A stretch of DNA of 64,000 nt from Candidatus Hydrogenedentota bacterium. GTDB lineage: Bacteria; Hydrogenedentota; Hydrogenedentia; Hydrogenedentales; SLHB01. A model generated the notes under the pieces. It was not told the origin of the DNA, searched no databases, and saw only the letters and a program-made list of their open reading frames with translations. Positions 58,515 through 64,000 of the stretch are shown one piece after another (the stretch's first letter is position 1; each line of letters opens with the position of its first letter). The DNA is taken from contig CAXXTH010000014.1 in NCBI GenBank assembly GCA_963668025.2, positions 1-64,000 on the forward strand, given 5' to 3'. The position numbers and the translations under genes are program-made.

Positions 58515-59663
58515 TCAATCCTCCATCGAAACCACTTCGACCAAGAAAGGCTCTTTAAGCCCATTGGTTTGCGCGCAGCTCATCAAATGCAGCCGCACGG
58601 GTTCCGTGAGCCTTTGTCCCTTCGGCAGCAAGACATGCCCTGTAGTGCTGAGAATATCTTCCGCCGCCACCATGCAGTTGCTGAGTTCTTTTGTCGTCAC
58701 ACGCATCACGACACGGTCCCCATCATCTTTCTCGAAGCTCATCAGCGCTTCCAGCATAGGGTGGTCATTCCCATATACGCTATGAAGCGCTGAAAGCGCT
58801 TCGATAAACGGGCGGCCCTTCTGTAATTGCGTATCCAAATCAAGAGTAAAGCGCAATAGGAGCGCCCCAAAATCGATTGCTTGTTCTTCCGACAAATCAC
58901 TAGGGGGAAATGTCCGGTTGCGGGGCACCTTGCGCTGCCGTTCGACAATCTGCGCCACCATCTCGAGTCGTGGGATTTCCGCGAGAAGCTGGCAGCCCAA
59001 GGAGGGATGATTGGCGAGCATCCCCAATTGTTCGCTGGTCAGCGAACGCCCGGAACTCATCCGCGCCAGTATCTCTGGCGGCAGCGCAATACAACCGATG
59101 TGCGACAAGGTCGCCGCCATTTCGTATTCCCAGAAATACGGCGAATTGAGTTCCGCCGCGATATGGCGCACATATCGCCGAATGCGCGTGCTCCTGCTGA
59201 AAGCGGCTGGATTCAGCAAGCCAATGATATCGGTGAGCGTCCGGATACATCCCCGCAAGGTGCCTTGCAGGAGTTCCCGTTCCGAAGTGATAAGGCGGTA
59301 TTGCTCGATTGCGGAATCCAATGAACTGGTCATGGTTTCCGTCGAGCACGGTTTCGTCAGAAAGCGGAAAATGCTTCCCTCATTGACGGCGTCTATGCAG
59401 GTCTGCACATCCGCATTGCCCGTCAGCATGATACGGACCGAATCGGGCGAAAGGCTCCGCACATTGCGCAGGAAGTTAATTCCATCCATGCCCGGCATGC
59501 GCATATCAGACACCACCACGGCGAAAGGTTCAGAGCGGGCGAGCACTTCCATGCCTTCAGGCCCGCTCTGGGCGGTCTCGATCGCGTACGTTTTCCGGAG
59601 CTGGCGCTTGTAGCCTGCAAGAACATTGGGGTCGTCGTCCACCAGTAATACCCGGGTATTCAC
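58515..59663 (-). CDS. Response regulator with degenerate HD-type output domain
   Basis: VLLVDDD, SDMRMPGMDG, LTG, KP; then LSHIGCI and HP..G..LL..IP.L. Confidence 0.9.
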   Translation of the reverse strand: MNTRVLLVDDDPNVLAGYKRQLRKTYAIETAQSGPEGMEVLARSEPFAVVVSDMRMPGMDGINFLRNVRSLSPDSVRIMLTGNADVQTCIDAVNEGSIFRFLTKPCSTETMTSSLDSAIEQYRLITSERELLQGTLRGCIRTLTDIIGLLNPAAFSRSTRIRRYVRHIAAELNSPYFWEYEMAATLSHIGCIALPPEILARMSSGRSLTSEQLGMLANHPSLGCQLLAEIPRLEMVAQIVERQRKVPRNRTFPPSDLSEEQAIDFGALLLRFTLDLDTQLQKGRPFIEALSALHSVYGNDHPMLEALMSFEKDDGDRVVMRVTTKELSNCMVAAEDILSTTGHVLLPKGQRLTEPVRLHLMSCAQTNGLKEPFLVEVVSMED

Positions 59664-60874
59664 ATTGGCTCCTCAGATTTTAACAGTATGCGGCACTGCC
59701 GTTCCCATTCAAACACACGTTCTTCCTCGACAAATCGTCCCAAATATTCCATATCAAAGTGATAATGGGCGGGAAGCCCTTGGGTTTCCTCTTCATAGCG
59801 ATGAATGGCCGTATTGGCCGCATGCACCGCCGCGAGCGGCTCAAAAACAACACCTACGTGTTCACTGGGAAAATGATGATGGGCTACAGATAGTATAATA
59901 TCTTCAGAAAATCCCCACAGGCCAAGCAGATATCCACCCACTTCGCCGTGGCTGCCTCCAATGTGCTCCCGTTCGAGATGCATCACGGCTTCTGGCGAAC
60001 GAGGGCCATCGGCAATGAATTGCTGGTATGCTCCCCGCGCATTTGCGGCAAAAACCAGTTTTCCTACATCGTGGAGCAGGCCCGCAAGAAAAGCCTCCTC
60101 ACCCGTATACTCATCCGCGTTTTCTAACTGGGCGATATGCTTGGCAAGCATGGCGGTCGCCACGGAGTGTTCCCATATCCCTTCGAGCGACATGCCCTGC
60201 AAAGGCTGGCCATTAAACTGATCAAAAATCTTTATTGAGAGCACCAATATTTTCAGGGCGTCAATCCCGAGCAGCACGGCGGCTTGGGCCGGATCCGCCA
60301 CGGGATGGCGAAGGCCGTAGAATGCGGAATTGACCAGTTGCAGCACCTTGATGCTCATTCCCGGATCTTGTGCGATGGCGGTTCCAACATCTTTTAGCCC
60401 CGATACCGGCGAATCGAGCAGGCGGGAAACCTCGTCGTGCAAAGAAGGAATGCTAGGCAAATAGTCCATCGTTGAGACAACGCGCCTCAGCTTTGGGCTG
60501 TTGATGAGCTTGCCGAGGCTCAATGCCCTTGAAATCGTCTTGGCAAGGGTTTCCGCATCACATGGTTTATACAGGAACTGGTGGATTTGCGTGGCTGCCC
60601 GCAATGTCGCTTCGCGATCAGCGTGGCCGGAAAGCGCCATGCGCACGGTTTCCGGCGAACGTTCGCGCACCCGCTGCAGCAACTCCACGCCGTCCATTTC
60701 AGGCATGCGCAAATCAGAAACGACCACATCAATAAACCGGCTGTCCAGTATGCTCAACGCTTCAGCCGCACTTTTGACAAAGAGCGTTTCCCACTCGGAA
60801 CTGTGGGGGCGCATCATGCGGCGAATGCCGCTCAGTATATTGGGTTCATCATCAATAAATAATATGGTTGCCAT
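59660..60874 (-). CDS. REC-HDOD response regulator
   Basis: IDDE, SDLRMP; LPSIP, QDPG...KVLQLVNSAFYG, WEHS, AGLLHDVGKL. Confidence 0.92.
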   Translation of the reverse strand: MATILFIDDEPNILSGIRRMMRPHSSEWETLFVKSAAEALSILDSRFIDVVVSDLRMPEMDGVELLQRVRERSPETVRMALSGHADREATLRAATQIHQFLYKPCDAETLAKTISRALSLGKLINSPKLRRVVSTMDYLPSIPSLHDEVSRLLDSPVSGLKDVGTAIAQDPGMSIKVLQLVNSAFYGLRHPVADPAQAAVLLGIDALKILVLSIKIFDQFNGQPLQGMSLEGIWEHSVATAMLAKHIAQLENADEYTGEEAFLAGLLHDVGKLVFAANARGAYQQFIADGPRSPEAVMHLEREHIGGSHGEVGGYLLGLWGFSEDIILSVAHHHFPSEHVGVVFEPLAAVHAANTAIHRYEEETQGLPAHYHFDMEYLGRFVEEERVFEWERQCRILLKSEEPM

Positions 60875-60913
60875 CTGACGCCTTTTTCCTGGATTGTGGC
60901 CGGGAGCAGTATG

Positions 60914-63391
60914 TCACGCCGAGGCGTCCTCCCCCAGCGGCAGCCGGATAATAAATGTCGTGCCCTTCCCTTCCTCCGACTCGAAGGTAAGCACGCCTTT
61001 GTGTTTATCCACTATGACACTACGTGAAATCGCAAGGCCCTGCCCCGTCCCCTTGCCGACATCCTTCGTGGTGAAGAAGGGCTCGAAAATGCGCTTGCGG
61101 ATGTCAACCGGGATGCCTGCGCCGGTATCGCTGATGCGAATTTCCACCACATCGCCTATCCGGCGGGTCGATACCGTTATCAGGCCTTTGCATTCTTTGC
61201 CATCGCCCACGACATCAGCGATGGCGTGCGCAGCATTCACCATGAGATTCAGGACAACCTGGTTAAAATCGCTCGGGTGGCAAGGCGTCAATGGCAGATC
61301 CGGCGCAAAATCCGTCGCCACTTCAGCCACATACCGCCACTCGTTGCGCGCTACGGTGATAGTGCTCTCGATAGCCTGGTTTAAATCCACCATCGATTTT
61401 TCCGCGCCGCCAGGGTGGGTGAATTGCCGCATGGCCCGCACGATCTCCGTGACCCGGCCGACGCCATCCAAGGTTTGCTCGATGGAAACAGGAATCTCCT
61501 CGGAAAGATATTCAATATCCGCCTGTTTCAGCGCTTCACGTGCCTGTGCAACCTCTTCCGACTCGGGCATAAGGGATTCGCTTGCCTGTACAAGCGCTTC
61601 AATCGCAGGTGTGACTGCCAATAAATCCCGGAAAGAATCCCTCAAAAACCGGACATTATCCCCGACGTATTGCATAGGCGTGTTGATCTCGTGGGCGATC
61701 CCCGCGGCAAGCTGGCCAATGGATTTGAGGTTTTGCGATTGCAGCACCTGGGCTTCAAGCTGCCTGCGCTCGCTCATGTCATTCAAAATGAAAAGCCCCG
61801 CCGCCACTTCATATTCTTGATCCAACACGGGCGTTCCCCGCAGATAGGCGGGAAAACGGCGGCCTTCCTTGTCAATCATCCCGGCTTCATCTTGCCAGCT
61901 TCCACCTGCCATGATCTTCGCAATCTTCTTGCCGGCTTCTTCTGGCTCCGTAAAGTACGAACGGAAATCAATCTCATGCGCCTTATCCATGGTGCAGCCG
62001 AACAGCATGCCAAACGCCACATTGATATAGGTCGCCTTGCCGTTCCGATCCACGGTCACTACGGCGTCGCCACAATCATCCAGGGCTTCACGTATTTGCA
62101 ACAGCTTGCGTTCCGCTTCTTTCCGTTCCGATATGTCGCGTACGCTCGCCAATACCTGCATGGTGCTGCTAAATTCAATTAATTTGGCGTTTACTTCCAC
62201 CCATAATAGGTTCCCATTTTTCTGTTTTATGAGCCATTCGACGAGCTGGGCTTCTCCCTGCACGATGCGCTGGATGACGCTCTTTGCCTCTGCGCGGCTG
62301 AATTCCGAGGTATTGGAGCTTAGGTCCAAGGCGCGAAGCGCTAACATCTCCCGGCGCGTATAGCCGGTCATCTCCAAAATTTTCGTATTAACCTCGACAA
62401 AAAGGCCCGTCTCTAGATCAATGACAACAATGCCATCATTCACGGCATCCAGGAAAATCTTAGAAATCCTCAGATTTTCTTCGGCTATTTTACGCTGGGT
62501 GACGTCCCTCGCGAATTCCACGACACCGTTTATATTCCCATCCACGCCGCGAATGGGAAATGTGAACAGCTCAATCCAGCCTCGAGGCCCCGATGGGCCA
62601 ATAAACGGTACGATATCGGAATGCGATTGGCCGCTTTTCATGCTCAAGCGTGCGGGACAACCCGCGCAGGGCTCATTTCTACCCTGAAAAACTTCATAGC
62701 ATTTTTTGCCTTCGATGGGCATGGCATGGGCATACCACCCTTGCAAAGCCTTATTGGCGCGCACCACGTTAAACTCTAGGTCTAGCACCCCAATACCGTC
62801 CTGGATGGCGTTGAAAACGGTATGTAAATACCGCTCGCCAATCCACAACGGCTTGTCGTTCTTGGTGGCGAGTTCAGATGACGCCGGTAAAAAACAGCTT
62901 TCAAATTCATTAATGCGCTTTTCCAGCGCCGATTTTCTCCCCAGAACCGAAATAGCCTGCGAGATATCACGGGTTTGGAAAGGTTTTTCCATGAAAAGAA
63001 GCTTGTCTGCTGGCAGTTCCTTCGAAATCGCCAGAACGGATTTCGTGTCCAGATGCCCAGAAATGATGGCTATTTGAAGAAACGGATCCAGGCGGTGCAT
63101 CTCAGCGATTAATTCAACGTTTTCTGGATGCGAACCAAGCACCAAATCAACAAACGCGACCGTATACGGTTCGCTTTTATCGAGCCCTATCCGCAGCGCA
63201 TCCAGCGCCTCCTGCCCGGTGGAGACAGCCATATAATACGGTTCAAGATCGCTAAAAGAACAGCGCAGTGTGCGCATGAACAGATCTCGAATGGCAGGCT
63301 CATCGTCCACAACGAGCACGCGGATATCATTACTCTGTTGCGCTTTTACTGGCACGGCAGGTGTTGCCTTAATACATACAGCATATGCCAC
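60914..63391 (-). CDS. REC-PAS-PAS-PAS histidine kinase
   Basis: VVDDE; three PAS/PAC units; LAAGIAHEINTP, NLMVNA, DTGAGI, FFTTK..GKGTGQGL. Confidence 0.94.
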   Translation of the reverse strand: MAYAVCIKATPAVPVKAQQSNDIRVLVVDDEPAIRDLFMRTLRCSFSDLEPYYMAVSTGQEALDALRIGLDKSEPYTVAFVDLVLGSHPENVELIAEMHRLDPFLQIAIISGHLDTKSVLAISKELPADKLLFMEKPFQTRDISQAISVLGRKSALEKRINEFESCFLPASSELATKNDKPLWIGERYLHTVFNAIQDGIGVLDLEFNVVRANKALQGWYAHAMPIEGKKCYEVFQGRNEPCAGCPARLSMKSGQSHSDIVPFIGPSGPRGWIELFTFPIRGVDGNINGVVEFARDVTQRKIAEENLRISKIFLDAVNDGIVVIDLETGLFVEVNTKILEMTGYTRREMLALRALDLSSNTSEFSRAEAKSVIQRIVQGEAQLVEWLIKQKNGNLLWVEVNAKLIEFSSTMQVLASVRDISERKEAERKLLQIREALDDCGDAVVTVDRNGKATYINVAFGMLFGCTMDKAHEIDFRSYFTEPEEAGKKIAKIMAGGSWQDEAGMIDKEGRRFPAYLRGTPVLDQEYEVAAGLFILNDMSERRQLEAQVLQSQNLKSIGQLAAGIAHEINTPMQYVGDNVRFLRDSFRDLLAVTPAIEALVQASESLMPESEEVAQAREALKQADIEYLSEEIPVSIEQTLDGVGRVTEIVRAMRQFTHPGGAEKSMVDLNQAIESTITVARNEWRYVAEVATDFAPDLPLTPCHPSDFNQVVLNLMVNAAHAIADVVGDGKECKGLITVSTRRIGDVVEIRISDTGAGIPVDIRKRIFEPFFTTKDVGKGTGQGLAISRSVIVDKHKGVLTFESEEGKGTTFIIRLPLGEDASA

Positions 63392-63601
63392 CGCTTTTGT
63401 CCCGCTTGAGCGAGACGATTAATGTTAAAAACCGTTCATTTAATAAAAGCCGAATTATACTCCATCCTTCCCCTGATACCCCGAAAAGCCATCAGGTTCC
63501 GTTATTTCTGCTTCTGACTTCATAAACCAATCCGGTTGAATATACCATAAGATGAAACGTTTTTTGTATAAACAGTTCGAGATTGCCGAAAGGAACTGCA
63601 A

Positions 63602-64000
63602 ATGCCTGTAAATAAACTGGTTACGGGAATACTTGGCCTTTCGCTCCTGTTCATTAACGGGTGCCAGGGCAGTTTTTCGGATGTTTCCGATAACACATCT
63701 TCTTCATACTTAATTCCGGAAGGAGTACACTCGATGCAGAAAGCCATATTCGGCGCAGGATGTTTTTGGGGAGTGGAAGCTGCATTTCGGCAAGTAAAAG
63801 GGGTCACTGCTACGACCGTGGGATATTGTGGTGGTGATTATGAGCATCCCTCGTATGAAGAAGTGTGCAAGGGAAAAACAGGCCATACGGAAACCGTCTT
63901 AATCGAGTATGATCCAGCCCAAGTATCGTATCAAGAACTGCTCCGAGTTTTCTGGGATAACCACAATCCAACTACCTTAAACCGGCAAGGCCCCGACATC
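63602..64000 (+). CDS. msrA: Peptide-methionine (S)-S-oxide reductase, partial at the window edge; lipoprotein-type N-terminal extension, second start at 63734
   Basis: Manual translation: [20 protein letters not shown]|C...[15 protein letters not shown]...VGYCGG...[13 protein letters not shown]...[12 protein letters not shown]. Confidence 0.93.
   Translation, partial: MPVNKLVTGILGLSLLFINGCQGSFSDVSDNTSSSYLIPEGVHSMQKAIFGAGCFWGVEAAFRQVKGVTATTVGYCGGDYEHPSYEEVCKGKTGHTETVLIEYDPAQVSYQELLRVFWDNHNPTTLNRQGPDI

Noticed and set aside
63338-63391. Histidine kinase N-terminus contains PVKAQ, as in peptide A
   Set aside because: It lacks the H, the RP and the TTGLQ, and the kinase start is uncertain, so it is probably chance. 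Worth rechecking once a leader profile exists.

Overview
Bacterial chromosomal window, GC-rich in the housekeeping genes with lower-GC islets. The style of the large surface protein and of the short peptides suggests Ca. Hydrogenedentota, but that is an impression and was not tested. The backbone is housekeeping: ABC-F ATPase, pckA, gatC-gatA...gatB-rsfS-Ser/Thr kinase, queG, a cold-shock gene, lipA/lipB with a free lipoyl domain, hom-thrC, a metX-metW fusion, trpB2, thiL, nnrD, glycosyltransferases, a PAS kinase/HDOD/HD signalling trio and msrA. Three accessory zones interrupt it. (1) About 2.2 kb between gatA and gatB holds an MNT/HEPN pair and an Rhs-tip remnant bracketed by ~145-bp direct repeats built of 9-bp periodic units. 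(2) 23.2-25.9 kb holds a dispersed repeat, an IS200-like miniature element and an intact IS. (3) 32.7-38.9 kb holds a frameshifted PIN gene, an integron-cassette-like relic, a zincin-like/NDT-like fusion and an IS nested in another IS. The best candidate for an undescribed system is a small operon of two paralogous peptides (6717-7087; the second is below the ORF-track cutoff). They share an H-x3-I-x3-RP-x2-AQTTGLQ-x-K signature followed by an amphipathic core. All family assignments come from reading motifs by eye; no database search was run. No rRNA, tRNA or CRISPR array was seen.
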